Positions 1-13,409 of a DNA stretch of 64,000 bases are shown here, in pieces. Both the position numbers and the translations under genes were made by a program. This stretch comes from the human T2T-CHM13v2.0 reference genome, Homo sapiens. The first letter of the stretch is position 1. The number at the start of each line of letters is the position of its first letter. Where the stretch lies: assembly GCF_009914755.1 (NCBI RefSeq), contig NC_060931.1; one strand, 5' to 3'. The notes beneath the pieces were generated by a model. That model made no database searches and was not told the DNA's origin. It was given only the letters and a program-made list of their open reading frames with translations.

Positions 1-11
1 TAAAAAGGACT

Positions 12-318
12 GGCCAGGCGCTGTGGCTCACGCCTGTAATCCCAACACTTTGAGAGGCAGAGGTGGGTGGATCACAAGGTCAGGAGTTCAAGACCAGCCT
101 GGCCAAGATGGTGAAACCCCATCTCTACTAAAAATGCAAAAAAATTAGCCAGGCTTGGTGGTGGGCGCCTGTAATCCCAGCTACTTGGGAGGCTGAAACA
201 GAGAACTGCTTGAACCCAGGAGGCGGAGGTTGCAGTGAGCCGCTACTGTGCCACTACACTCCAGCCTGGGCGACAGAGCAAGACTCCGTCTCAAAATGAA
301 TAAATAAATAAATAAATA
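12..318 (+). mobile_element. Alu (AluS)
   Basis: Full dimer with (TAAA)n tail. Confidence 0.95.
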
Positions 319-1624
319 GGATTTTAAGAGTACTATAAACAACCGTATGCCAACAAATTGGATTATCTAGATATAATGGATAAATCCCGAGAAACAAACA
401 ACCTAGCTAGATTAAATTATGAAGAAACAGAAGATCTGAATATATTTGAAATAAGGATTTTAAGTAGTAATCAAAACCCTCCCAACAAAGTAAACCCCAG
501 GACAAGATGGCTTCATGGGTAATTCTACCAAACATTTAAAGAAGAACAAACACCAGTCTTTCTCAAAGTCTTCCAAAAACTTGAAGAAGGAGGAACACTT
601 GAAACTCATTCTATGTGACCAGCATTATCCTGATACCAAAGCCAGAGAAAGATACTAGAAAACTATAGAGCCATATCTCTTACGAATACTGATACAAGAA
701 TACTCAACAAAATGCAGGTAAAACAAATTCGGCAGTGTAGCAAAAGGATTATACAAGATCACCAAGTGGCATTTATTCTAGGAATGCAAAATGGTTCAAA
801 CACATAAAAATCAATTAATGTAGTACACCCTATGAACAGAATAAAGGGGAAAAACAAAGATCATCTCAACTGATGCAGAAAAACATCTGACAAAATTCAA
901 CACCCTTTCCTCATCAGAAAAAAAAAAAATAGAAGGAAACTTAAACTCACCAACATAAGGCTATATACGAAAAACCCGCAACTAACAAGATACTCAATGA
1001 TGAATGGAAGATTGAAAGCTTTTCCCCTAAGATCAGGAGCTAGACAAATATGCCTGCTTTTACCACTTCTATTCAACGCAGTATTGGGAGCTCTAGCCAG
1101 ACCAATCAGGCAAGAAAAATAAATAACGCATCCAAATTGGAAAGGAAGAAGCAAAATTTATCTCTGCTATAAGAGACGTGATTATATATGTAGAGAACAC
1201 TAGAGATTACACAAAAAGTAGTTAGAGCTAACAATTAGACATTGCAGGACACAAAATCAACACAAAAATCAACTATGCTTCTACACACTAACAATGAACA
1301 ATTATGAAAATTAAGAAAACGATTCCATTTACAATGGCATCAGAATAATAAAGTACTTAGAAATAAGTTTAACCAAAAAGGCGAAAAAAGCCTTGTACAC
1401 TGAAAACTACATCCCCGAAAAAATCAAGGAAGACAAGGAAATGGAGAACCATCCCATGTTCATGGATTGGAAGGCTTAATATAAGGTGACAATACTAACT
1501 GAAGCTATGTACAGACTCAATGTATTCCTTCTCAAACTCTCAGTGACTTCTTTCGTAAAAACAAAAGTCCATCCTAAAATTAATGTGGAATCTCAAAGGA
1601 CCCTAAATAGCCAAAACAATCTTA

Positions 1625-1984
<360 letters not shown>

Positions 1985-3007
1985 TTACTACAAAGCTATA
2001 GTAATCAAAACAGTGTGGTCTTGGCATAAAGGCAGACATATATATCAATGGAAATGAATAAAGAGCCCAGATACAAACCCTTGCATATACAGTTAACTAA
2101 TTTTCAACAAGGATGCCAAGAATAATGGCAAAGAACAGTATTTTCAACAAACAGTGCTGGGAAAATTGGATTAGGTTGGACCCTTACCTTAAGCCATCTA
2201 TAAAAACTAACTCAAGATGGATCAAAGATCTAAATATAAGAGCTAAAACTATAAAACTCATGGAAGAAAATACAGGGGAAAAGTTTCATGACACTGAATT
2301 TGGCAATAATTTCTTGGATATGGCAACAAAAGAAAAATAAATAAACTAGACCTCAAAATTAAAAACTTTTGTGCAAAGGGCGCTATCAAGACAGTGAAAA
2401 GGCAACCTATATAGAATGAGAGAAAATATTTGCAAATAATATCTAATAAGGGATTAATATCCAAGATATATAAATAACTCACTTAACAACTACAAAAACC
2501 CAGTTAAGAAATGGGCAAAGGACTTGAATTAACATTTCTTCAAAGAAGAGGTACAGGTGACCAACGGGCACAAGAAAAAAATTCTTAACATCACTAATCA
2601 TTGGGGAAATGCAAAACAAAACCACGATGAGATACCACTTTATGCACATTAGAATGGCCATTAAAAAAAAATCCAGGAAAGAACTAGGGCTGGCAAAGAC
2701 GTGAAGAAATTGGAACACTCGTGCACTGCTTATGATGATATAAAATGACACAGCCACTGTGCCAAACAGTATAGTGGTTTCTGAAAAAATTGAATTTAGT
2801 ATTATCATATAACCCAGCAATTCTACTTTTAGGAACACACACCCAGAACAACTGAAAGCAGGGACTGAAGCAGATATTTGTATGCCAATGTTTATTCATT
2901 GGTATTTACAATAGCCAAAAGGTGGAAACAACCGACAACATAAATAGATGAGTAAATAAAGATGGTATGTACACATAAGAGTATTATTCAGACTTTAAAA
3001 GAAATGA

Positions 3008-3318
3008 CGTCAGGCACAGTGTCTTATGCCTCTAATCCCAGCACTTTGGGAGGCCAAGACAGGAGGATTGCTTGAGCCCAGGAGTTCAAGACCAACCTGG
3101 GCAACACAGAGACTCCATCTCTACCAGAAATTTTAAAAAGAAAAATTAGCCAAGCAGGGTAGTACATACCTATAGTCCCAGCTACTCAAGAGGTTGCAGT
3201 GGGAGGATCACTTGAGCCCAGGAGGTCAAGGCGCAGTGAGCCACGATAGCACCACTGCACTCCAGCCTGGGCAACAGAGTGAGACCCTGTCTCAAAAGAG
3301 AAATAATTGAAAAAAAAT
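3008..3318 (+). mobile_element. Alu (AluJ)
   Basis: Diverged dimer with AluJ-type ggatcacttgagcccagg. Confidence 0.9.
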
Positions 3319-4179
3319 TCTGATACATACTATAACATGGATAAACTTTAATAACAATGTTAAGTGAAATGAGCCAGTGACAAAAGGACAAATACCATAT
3401 GATTCCACTCATATGAGATACCTAGGATAGTCATATCCTCAGAGACAGAAACTAAAACAGAAGTAACCAGGGGCTGGAGGAAGAGGTCATAGGGGTAATT
3501 GTTTAGTAGGTAGAGAGTTTCAGTTTAAAATGATGAAAAAGCTCATGAGAGATCAGTGATGGCGGCACAACATTGTGACTATACTTAGTAACACTGAAAG
3601 GTTAAAAATAGTACCTTTTATTATGTATATCTTACCACAATAAAAAGCCCCACAGGGTAGTCAATGTTATGTTTAAAAGAGAAGAAATAAATGGGAAGTC
3701 ATTTTAGATATGTATTTACACAGGTCTTAGAAGAGCTATTCAGCAGATGAGTACCTAATGAACTGGAATTTTGGCAGAGATCCTGGGAGTGAAGTGAACC
3801 AAATCACTTGAGAAGTGTGAAGTAATTTCCTCCTCCAGGGAGGTCAGCAGACAGAACATGTGAAGCCAATGTTAAGATTTCTCTGGAGTCTAAAAGATTA
3901 TCAAATTGGACAAGTCTGTTCTCAGTGTTTTCCAACAAGGTGCAACTGACGTTTTGGACAGAACAACTGCTTCATCCTGTAGGACTCTCCTGCCTGCCAT
4001 ATGGTACTTAATACCCCTGAACTCCAAACCACTTACCAGGGGCATTCCCCTCACCCTCATCACTCTAACAATCAAAAAGAAACCCACCCACGTTTGTTAC
4101 CACGACTACCATGACCCCAGATCACTCAGATGACAACCACAGAGTGATTGAATCCAAAACTGAAATAGGAGCACCCTGG

Positions 4180-4575
4180 TCTGTTAGGATATGACAAGCT
4201 ATAAAGCAGTAGCAAACAACCCTAAATCTCAATCAATAGCTTCAAACCAAAAAAAAAAAAAAAAAAGGCTTCCGTCTTGTTCACATTACATGTCCATCAC
4301 AGGCCAGCCCAAGGCTCTATTCCACACTGTCCTCACACCAGAACCTGGGCTGATAGAGCTACCACTCTGCAGAATGCTGACAGATGCAGTGGCAGAGGGA
4401 ATGAGATACAGTAAGTGGTATGCTGGCATTTAAATAATTCACTTAGAAGTGACATATAGTACTTCTCATATTCCACTGGCCAAAGCAAGTCAAATAGCCT
4501 TGACTGTTTCAGGGCCAGGAAAGTGCAACCCTACACCACTTACCTGGAAGGAAAAGAACCAGCCCTGATGACTTC
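4180..4575 (-). mobile_element. Old MaLR LTR (MLT1J/K/L-like)
   Basis: agaagtgacata...cttctcatattccactggccaaagcaagtca motif typical of MLT1. Confidence 0.65.
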
Positions 4576-4667
4576 CAAACTATGCCTGCGAAGTGCTCTG
4601 AAAAGTAGAAAACGCTATATAAATGTTAATTAAAAGAGTATATTACTAACAATACTACTTTGCCCTT

Positions 4668-4830
4668 CCATCCATTCAATGGATATTTATTAGGCATCTA
4701 ATACATGCTGGACATCGTCTCCTAAGCATCAAATATATGCCAGACACCATGCTAAGAGAGCTGATGAAAACTGAGTCGTAAGTGGTAGGGTAAGAGAAAC
4801 AATCTTTAAACAATTCCAGTGTGGTATGAT
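4668..4830 (-). mobile_element. L2 3' fragment
   Basis: cattcaatggatatttattaggcatcta...atgccagacaccatgctaag. Confidence 0.55.
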
Positions 4831-5999
4831 AAATGTGATCAGGGAAGTCAGCCCAGGTACTCCAGAAGTTCCCAGGGCGAGCACCTGAGCCAGCGGTGGG
4901 GGCAATGGATGGGAAGACTTCCAGGAGCAGTAACCTACATAGCTGCAGGATGCAGTCACCCTGGAGAACCTGCTGTAGATGCACAGGTGGAAGCATGAAT
5001 GTGGGCGCTGTGGATGGGGTGTCCCTGCCTTCCGCCAAGTCAATGAGACCAACTTGCCACAAATTCCCCATAGCCCTAATCTGCAGTCACTTCCACTAAA
5101 TGTCCACTGACACATTTATAGGTTTTCTTGGTTTTCTAGGCAGACCGGATGTAAAGAACAGATTTCTGGGACTACTCTCCACTTTCCCCCCAACTAGAAC
5201 ATTCTATGAGATGCTCTAAGTTCAAGGAGACAACATTCTTTCAGTCCAGTTATCATAAGCTTGGTTCTAACCTCAGCAAAAACTGCTTTCTTTCAGCTAA
5301 TATAGCGCAATAAAAGGGGAAATGCCCTAGGAAAACAATGTGTCAGAGGCTCCTAACCATTGAAAATCAGGCACATTCCCTTTATGAGATATTAAATACA
5401 TTATAAAGAGTTATTAAAAATAGTGCAGACTCCAACACAAGCCGTAAGATATACAGTATACCACCCTGAGATATTTATTTCCTCTAATAAAGAAAAAAAT
5501 ATTTTTTCAACAGAAAATACATAAAATACACATCTAGAAACACTAGATAGTCACTAAAAATGAAAACTGTAAAGACCTCTACGCTACTAGGAAAAGTAAT
5601 GCTGATAGTGCTAAGGAAAGCAGATTCCAACAGCAATCATACTGTAAAGGTTAGACAAAGATGACGACTGTGCTACAGGCAAACACTTCATGGAAACTGC
5701 AGAAAATGGGGCACGGAGAGTAGGGGAAGCAGAGAAGTGGTTCAGTGCAGCTTATGGTAACATGTTATTGTTTGTACAATGCAAATTTCACATAAAAGTC
5801 ATTCCTATGTAAAAGCTTGGTGGATCTTATTCACATTCCCAAACTGACTTTTACAGGCAGTATAAAGCATAATCTGGTGAGTTCCTAAAAAAGAACCAGA
5901 CTAGCTGCTGTTAACACTCCAGCCCTTCTAGTTAAAGGGAGGAGGGAACAGGGCAAGTTTCCTGACTCACCAAGGCCCGGTGATTCCAGCAGCAAGGGC

Positions 6000-6130
6000 C
6001 AATTCCTTACAAATTGCCCTGAGCAAATTAGTCAATTTAGCCTTATCTTTAAAAGGCAGATAACACAACCTACTTCACAGAACTACAGTGGGGATTAAAT
6101 CTGATAACTTTTAAGTACTTAGCACAGCAT
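6000..6130 (+). mobile_element. MIR fragment
   Basis: acctacttcacag...gattaaat...gtacttagcacag MIR core. Confidence 0.6.
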
Positions 6131-8431
6131 GACTTTTAAAAGGAAGTGATAGTTTCCATTCCTTGGGGGCAAAAAAGGATGGCTCTTAAGGTCTCCCTCT
6201 ACTCTCCAAACCCAAGGTCCCCCAGGTCCCCATAGCACAGAGCAGGAGCCAGCTGAGCTCTGGCAAAAGCAGAAGAGGAAGGGAGTTCAAGCATGGCCTT
6301 CTGGTAGAGAGTGTGGGGAAAGAGGCGTGTTTTCTGTGTCTTTGTTCTTCCACCCTACCAATGCCTAGCACATAACCGGTGCTCAACTGACTATCTGATC
6401 AGTGTACTAACCCAGTCAGCAAGCCCTCTATCCTCAGCTGATGATCATGAAGGAAAACAGGCAGGAAACATCAACGATTTATTTGAACTAAAGCTCAGGC
6501 CCCTTGCACTGTGAGACTCCACACTTTATTTCTGTGCTGCATGCAGGGTGCTAGCATTTACTACTATGGAAGATACATTTTTCTGAGTGTTAACTTCAGT
6601 GATATTTACCAAATATGCCTCTGAATGGTCCTATTTCAAAAAAACTACAGAAAGCACTGCTTTTCATAAACAAAAAGAACAAAATGGCCCCAGTAGTATT
6701 TTCTTATCTCTATCCCTACCTACTTTAAGTAGCCTGTAATCTATTCCATTTTGGTGAATAAAGCCGAGTCTTTTCTAAAACAAAACTGTATACTGGAGGT
6801 AAATATTCTAAAACATAACTTTGAGTAAAGGAAAACTCTCAAGAGCAGTTTAAATGTAATGCCTGGCTTATTCTATTCCAATGATGTTCTAATCTTTTTC
6901 ATTAATTTACTCTAATGTTTGTAATTGTTTTAGGCCACAATTATCTCATTGTTTCCTGGCCTGTGTACCTGATCAGAATCATTATGATCTCTGAGGTTTT
7001 CGCCTGATTTTTGAGAATCCTGCTCTGCTATGGATGGGGTAGCCAGCAGAACACAGAACAACCAAGGAGCGTTTTAAATACAAGACTATTAGAGTGGCAA
7101 ATCATTGTCCTCTCTGTGACCAGCTTCTGGGGCTCTGGAATTACATGTTAAACAACAGGATCAGATGGGAGCACTTTGCAGCTAAGAGACCAATACCAGA
7201 AAAATACCCCTTTACCCCTTCAACAGCGTGCTCCTGCCTATTTACAAGAACATTTAGCATCATTTCCTTCTCAAATGGGCCATCCTGTACTCTGGAGCTA
7301 GAACAGAGTACGAGGAGAACACTGACATTCAGTGCCTACCAGTTTCTCTCCTACGGAGCTGCAGCAAGCTGGAGCTCCCATGAGCTGCACTGTTGACAGC
7401 TCTTAGTCAGGGATCACACCCTTGCCTTTACGAGCTATTTCTGTCATTTTATATAAAAGCACAAAGACACAGTGGTCAGCACGACAAGACTACAGCCTGG
7501 GGGAAGCGTAATCACTGTCAGAGGACATCAAATCCAACACACTGGTGGGATGGCAGGAAAGCAGACTCGAAAGTAGTTCAGAGTAAATGAGTCTCCTTGT
7601 TTGCTTCTTACTCATAACATTAGGCCTAAGCTGCTTTGCTGAAACACTTAGCTCTGCGCTTTCCAAGCGATAGAAATTATACTTACTCCAATGTGTGAGA
7701 TGAAAACCCACTGCACACTGAGCTGAGCGACATTTGATGTGCAGTAATGCCACTTCAGGTGGTTCATCACATTGCTTTATTCATAAGGCTGGGGGACAGG
7801 GTGGAACCACACGAATTTAACATCTTGCTGTGCCTGAAATGTTCATTAAGTGTTCTTATCCGCAGTCACCTGCCCACCCCACAGAACCACTCTCCACTAA
7901 TTTAGAGACTATAATCTGTGCACATTTAAATTACGATGAACAGGAACATTTCCACTGGAAAAACCATCACACATCTTTGATTTGCACTGCCAATTAGGTC
8001 TTCAGAAAAGGAAAAAAAAAAAAACCCTGATCATCTTACATATAGTAATTTGCCTTAATTGGTGCATAATGGATCGGATATAATTTGTGGGTAACCCCTA
8101 CATGATAAATAGTTTATTTAACATTTTAGAACTACCAAAAATTAGCCTCATTGTGTGGCAGTAAACGCTCACTTCCAACTACACATTCTGGGACTTCTGA
8201 GTTTCCTAAGCATGAATTATGAATATCAGTAGTGGAAGTGCAAAGAACTCTCCAGCTTAACAACAGGAGTGACACATTCCAGAAACATTTTCTGATTACA
8301 TTCACAAGGAGCTCCGGAGTGATAAATTCCAGATACATTTTCTGACTAAACTCACAAGGAGCTCAAATCTCCATCCAGAGGGTTTGTTTTTTGTTTTTAG
8401 TCCTGTAGCAACAGAAACTCCTAGAAGGTTA

Positions 8432-8814
<383 letters not shown>

Positions 8815-10068
8815 TCATTCCGTAGGCTTTACTGTTTCCCTTGCTTTTAATAGTTTATCTCACAGGAGGCATTTTAAAAATATTCTCAGAAACATCAACA
8901 ACAGATTTTTCTCAAGCGACCATTTTCAGGAAGGCTTCAGAAATTACTAAAAGGCCAAAGCTACCGTTAGTGGCTCAGTCTTTGCCGCCAGACTCGGGCA
9001 GGTGACAGCGGTTTGGGCTCGGGCGCCGGGCACTCTGCGCCTTCCAACGCTGGCGGCCCCGCCTCCCCTTCTCCCGGGCCAGGCACGCAGGTGGAGGAAA
9101 GTAAACACCAGTCGGAAGCAAGGTGGAAGCAGTGAGTCTCGCGACTCTCAAAAAAACAAGTGGAAAAAAAAAAAAAAACAATCCTCGCACAAAGCATCTC
9201 CGTGCTCCCACAAGCAGAGGCGTGGCTGCTTGTTTCCCTTTTTAAAGGTTGTATTTTTAGTTCTTATGAAAAATGTTTTTATTGCTTACTTCTAAGTAAA
9301 CATGTATCTCCATTACGATAACGTAGAGAAAAGCTCTTTTAAGAAGTAAAAAGAGAAAACTGAAGTCACGTTCACATTCCCACTACTCACTGAAACGTTT
9401 GGGGGAACTTACTCAAGTGTTTGCTAATGAGTTTTAAAGACGAGTTAGGCCCTTAACGCGTAATTGGGGTCGTGCTGTGCATATGATTTGGGATCTTGCA
9501 GCTTGTTTAACTCGGCCCAATGACGTTACCATTTCCCCCAAATGGTTACTAATTCCTTGAAAACGTTTACAAAAGTTCTAGAATAAACACTAAAGTTATT
9601 ATTTTTAAACTCCATTATCCAAGTTGGACTGGTCTGGCGATCGACTGTTAAAAAAAAAAAATTACAACTTTCTTAAGCTTCCTGATCTCTGTGCCAATTC
9701 CCGGAGAAAGTGTGGGGAGTGCACAAAAAAAGCCCCTCCCCCGTCTCACGAGGGCTGCAAACGCAGGCGCTGCGCCCCGCTAGCTCCCCGCCTGCACCCC
9801 CGGCGGCCACCCGAGACTGAGCAGAGCGCCAGGCTGAGCGCGGTTGTGTGCTGGGGCGACCGGCCTCTGTGGTCCGCGTAGCACAAACGTGACCCACTGC
9901 GCACACCTGCAGGGCGCGCCCACTCCGGCACTCAACCGGCTGGGCGCGCCAGATCCCCAGTGCCGCAGCCAAGGGCCACGTTTCCAGCCCAAGGCCAGCA
10001 GGACCGGGTGGCAAAGAGAAGTCAAACTGTGGGTGCGTCCGGACGGCGGCGGGCGGCCGGACCCTCAC

Positions 10069-10092
10069 CTGGTAGCGAGTCGCCAACTCCAT
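10069..10092 (-). CDS. CDCA7L: CDCA7L (cell division cycle associated 7-like, JPO2/R1) first coding exon, MELATRYQ
   Basis: Minus strand reads aagaATGG (strong Kozak) ATG GAG TTG GCG ACT CGC TAC CAG, then a GTGAGG donor (10068-10063), inside a CpG island. MELATRYQ matches the N-terminus of human CDCA7L as I recall it. Phase-0 intron. Confidence 0.93.
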
Positions 10093-10205
10093 TCTTCCTA
10101 ACCGGGCTCCAGTCTCCTCCCAGCACGCGGCCACGGGAGCCCGGACTCACCACGGCCCGGCGCACCAAGAACGCCCCGCGCCCGAGCAGCTAGCGCGCTC
10201 CGCCC
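10093..10205 (-). other. CDCA7L: CDCA7L exon 1 5' UTR (TSS approximate)
   Basis: GC-rich sequence directly upstream of the ATG, with no upstream ATG and a GC-box at ~10198-10205. The TSS cannot be fixed from sequence alone. Confidence 0.7.
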
Positions 10206-10849
10206 GGAGCACAGGCGGGCCCCGGGAGGGGCGCACTTGACGCCCTGGACAGGGGGAGCGCGTTGCGCTGCCCCCTCGGTGCCGCCTCACTGGGCCTCGT
10301 GGCTCCGATCACGTTCCAACTTCGCGGCCACTGACCTTGTCTTCGCAGGCGGCGCGAGAGGGGGCTGCAGTTGGGCGCGGCAAGAGCAATTACCAGTGTT
10401 AGGGCGCCGGGCTCCCCCCTGCAGCAGAGGGAGGGAGTGGAGCCGTCCGGCGGGGTTTAGCGCGGGAGAAATGAGGGGGCTGTCCCGGCGCAGCCTCCAG
10501 CTGGCACGCGCGCTGGATACTTGGCAGGGTTTATTCCAGGTCATGCCCTGGGGCGCGAGCTTCTGCTGCAACCCCTGTCTCTGATCCAGGCAAATATTGT
10601 AGGGCGGCTTTGGGGCTTGTTTTGTTTTGTTGTTGTAACGGGGCAGGGTTCTCTTTGGGAAGATTCTGTCTCCCAAAACATTTGCTACAGGGTTCACTTT
10701 GCAGAACAGGCAACCCAGGTTTCTTTACCAAGGCCCAGGTGGACAGATGCAAACCCGCCTGAAACTTTAGACGGCCATTACACAGTAGGCCTCCACACCC
10801 ACCAGACAAAGAGTTTGTAGAGGTCAGGAATGCTGACTAATTTAACAGA

Positions 10850-11300
10850 ATTGACCCCGGCATCTACTAAGCATCAGGCACTGGGCTAGTCCTAGGAACA
10901 GAAGGGTGAACAAAAACAGGCCCCTGCTCTGTTGGAGTTTACAGCCTGAGAGCCAGTTACCAACCTAATTGCATTATTCTAAATAAATACAATAATGATG
11001 CAAATAAGTGTAATAACGATGTAAATTTTATAAATTAGATTTATAATTAATATTAATTTGATACCACTATCAATGACAAATGTAATGATGATGCAAATAA
11101 ATGTAAATTTGGAGCGATGATGCCATGAGAAAAAAGGCAAGTGGTATTAATGGTGGTGTGAAATAGGAAGACAATCTGATAGAGGTCAGGGAATACTTCT
11201 TAGAGTTCAGATATGAAGAGTGAGGAATTAAGTTTGTGGAAATTGTGGGAGAGTTGAAGTAGAGAGTGGGGAGAATGGTAAATGAAGTTGTCCTGAAATC
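10850..11300 (-). mobile_element. L2 fragment
   Basis: gcatctactaagcatcaggcactgggcta...cccctgctctgttggagtttaca. Confidence 0.55.
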
Positions 11301-11679
11301 ACAGCAGGTTTGCTGGACAGTGTTGCACACCTATTTAGAACCGTGGTCATAGGTTTACAGTAGAGCATCCTGTACGCATAGGACCTTCTGCAGCCCCTCT
11401 CAGCTGCTTAGGATCTGACGTTCATCTTTTCTTTATTGAACGAGTGAATGAAATTTGCCAAACATTTACTCAAGCTTGAAGAGAAAACATGGAAAAGGTT
11501 TCCTTCCTTCCTTTGGTTAGTTCAGCAAACAACATGTGTTATGTGCTTTCATGTTCCAGCCCTCAGTGTTCTCACTTCCTGGTGGTAGTAAAACCAATAC
11601 AACATTGTGTGACTTAAAATGTTTTGTTTTTATTGGATAATGTTATTTATTCATTATGGCCACTTCATTTTTATTATGC

Positions 11680-11880
11680 TTTAGAGTTTTCCTTCACATG
11701 CAGTATCTCCTTGAATCCTCTCAATATCCTTCCAGATCCTTATTGTCCACATTTTTAAAATAAGGAAACAGAATCTAAGAAAATACATTAAGAGATCCCT
11801 GCCACCCTGCCACTAAGTGACAGCAGCAGACTGCCAAACTGAAAACCATTCCTTATGCCTCCAGATCCAACATTCTTTCC
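11680..11880 (-). mobile_element. MIR
   Basis: atctccttgaatcctctcaa...cacattttt...ggaaacaga. Confidence 0.6.
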
Positions 11881-12271
11881 ATTTTTCTGTATTTTTTCCC
11901 TTTGGCTGCCAGGAAGCTTAGAGTGAAAATTAATTCAATCAGAGCTCTTCTTCCTCTTTTTTTTTTTTTAGATAGTTGCTTCCTCATGAACTGCTGATCT
12001 TGTTTGCACTTCTTTTCATTGTAGGTTAAATCAAATCAATTTTGGAAAAGGGAGCACAAATTTGAAGCAGGTCAGATTTTGCAAAACACTTGAAGCAGCC
12101 TAGACTAGCTACTTCTGTATCAGGAAACCTGTAAGCTGTTGAACCTTTCTGTTTAGAAATTTGCCATAACTAACCCTAAGTCTTCAGATGACAACCCCTA
12201 AATTTTCTTCCTGTGCTTAGCAAAGCCTGTACACGTTTGATGGTATTTAGTAATTGATTATATAGTGGTGT

Positions 12272-12302
12272 GTTTTGTTTTGTTTTGTTTTGTTTTGTTT
12301 TG
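12272..12302. repeat. (TTTTG)n microsatellite
   Basis: Direct observation. Confidence 0.9.
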
Positions 12303-12619
12303 GTCAGGCTTTGGGAAAATCTCTAAGGAACCAGAGGATTTAAACATGGCACTGCAGTAATACTTTCTAATAATTATTACTGATAGGGTTCACGGGATGT
12401 GAGCACTGGGTTTCATCATGGCACTGCAAGAATGAGTGTCCCTTCCAGATGCAACAGTATACATATTGCAACAGAGAAAAAGAAGACATAATGTTTGCAA
12501 CTTCTTTTAAGAAGTCTGTCTAGAAATCCATGCTTGATTGCTTTTTAAATGTTGCCATGAGAGAGTAAAAACTTGGTCCCCAGTACCTTGAACAAGGTAA
12601 GAAATTTGTGATTAGAAGC

Positions 12620-13152
12620 CAAAGGAGTTAATAATGCCACACTAAAATATGCTGCTCTGGCATATTCACTATTTTTAGTTAAAAGCACTTAAAAAAAAAA
12701 AAGCAGGTAGGAGAAGATCACTCTGAACTTAATGTTGTTTCTTAAAAGCAGGAGATAAAATTCCCCTATGAAAGCTGTCCTCCCTACACAAGAAGGAAAG
12801 CCACATTCTTATCAAAGACAGGAAATTGAAGCTGAGGGAAATCTGTACAAACAAACCTTGTTAAACTAACCCTTATCTTCTCAGTCACTTCTCCACCCAA
12901 TTAACTACACTAGCCCATGCCCCTTTGCCTCATCGCATTTTCAGTTTTACTACTCTGTGCAATTCACTATATAAATGTCCAACTCAAACTTCATCCTGGG
13001 GTCTTCATTTCCTTAAAAAGGCACCCATGCCACATAAAACTTCGATTAGACAAATCTATATGCTTTTCTCTTGTTAATCTATTTTATGTCAGTTTAATCC
13101 TCAGACCCAGCCAGGACCCAAAAGGATGGAGATGAAGTTTTACTCCCCTACA
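12620..13152 (+). mobile_element. ERV1 solo LTR, MER34-family (MER34C-like)
   Basis: Starts (c)aaaggagtt...atgccacactaaaatatgctgct, ends cccctaca. 4-bp TSD AAGC at 12616-12619 and 13153-13156. Confidence 0.8.
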
Positions 13153-13409
13153 AAGCCATTATTGAACCTCATTAAATGATGTGAGAGAGCTGTAATTGGA
13201 TGTCAACCCTGGCCCACGATTTTTGCTTTGTAAAAGGAGCCCAAACATCTCTCCTCTATCTGAAGTAGTATCTCTGCCGTCCCCACAGAGCTTAGTTGTG
13301 GGCAAACTCCCTAGTCCTCCCCACATAACAGAAAATCGTGCTGGTTTGGTGCTCTGGACAACTCACCAGAGAATCTGCCTTCTGCAGAGAGCTGGAAGCA
13401 GCATGAGTC

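Larger units (their letters stand above)
8960..10560. promoter_or_regulatory. CpG island / CDCA7L promoter
   Basis: Dense CpG and high GC in 8960-9230 and 9700-10560. Motifs include a GC-box, E2F-like TTTAGCGCGGGAGAAA (10456-10471) and TTTGCCGC (8981-8988), and non-canonical E-boxes CACGCG. Confidence 0.9.

Noticed and set aside
7678-7692. Minus-strand GA|GTAAGT donor (a similar one lies near 9410)
   Set aside because: No convincing paired acceptor at exon distance was found; such hexamers occur by chance.
9673-10134. 153-aa minus-strand ORF containing MELATRYQ
   Set aside because: Only the 8 codons before the splice donor are CDCA7L. The rest is GC-rich intron read-through, and the upstream GTG has weak context compared with the strong-Kozak ATG.
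10237-10820. Overlapping ORFs upstream of the promoter
   Set aside because: Expected by chance in GC-rich CpG-island DNA; no recognisable protein features.
10985-11115. Short AT-rich repeated motifs (atgatgcaaataa, atgtaaattt)
   Set aside because: Low-complexity local duplication, too short and AT-rich to interpret.
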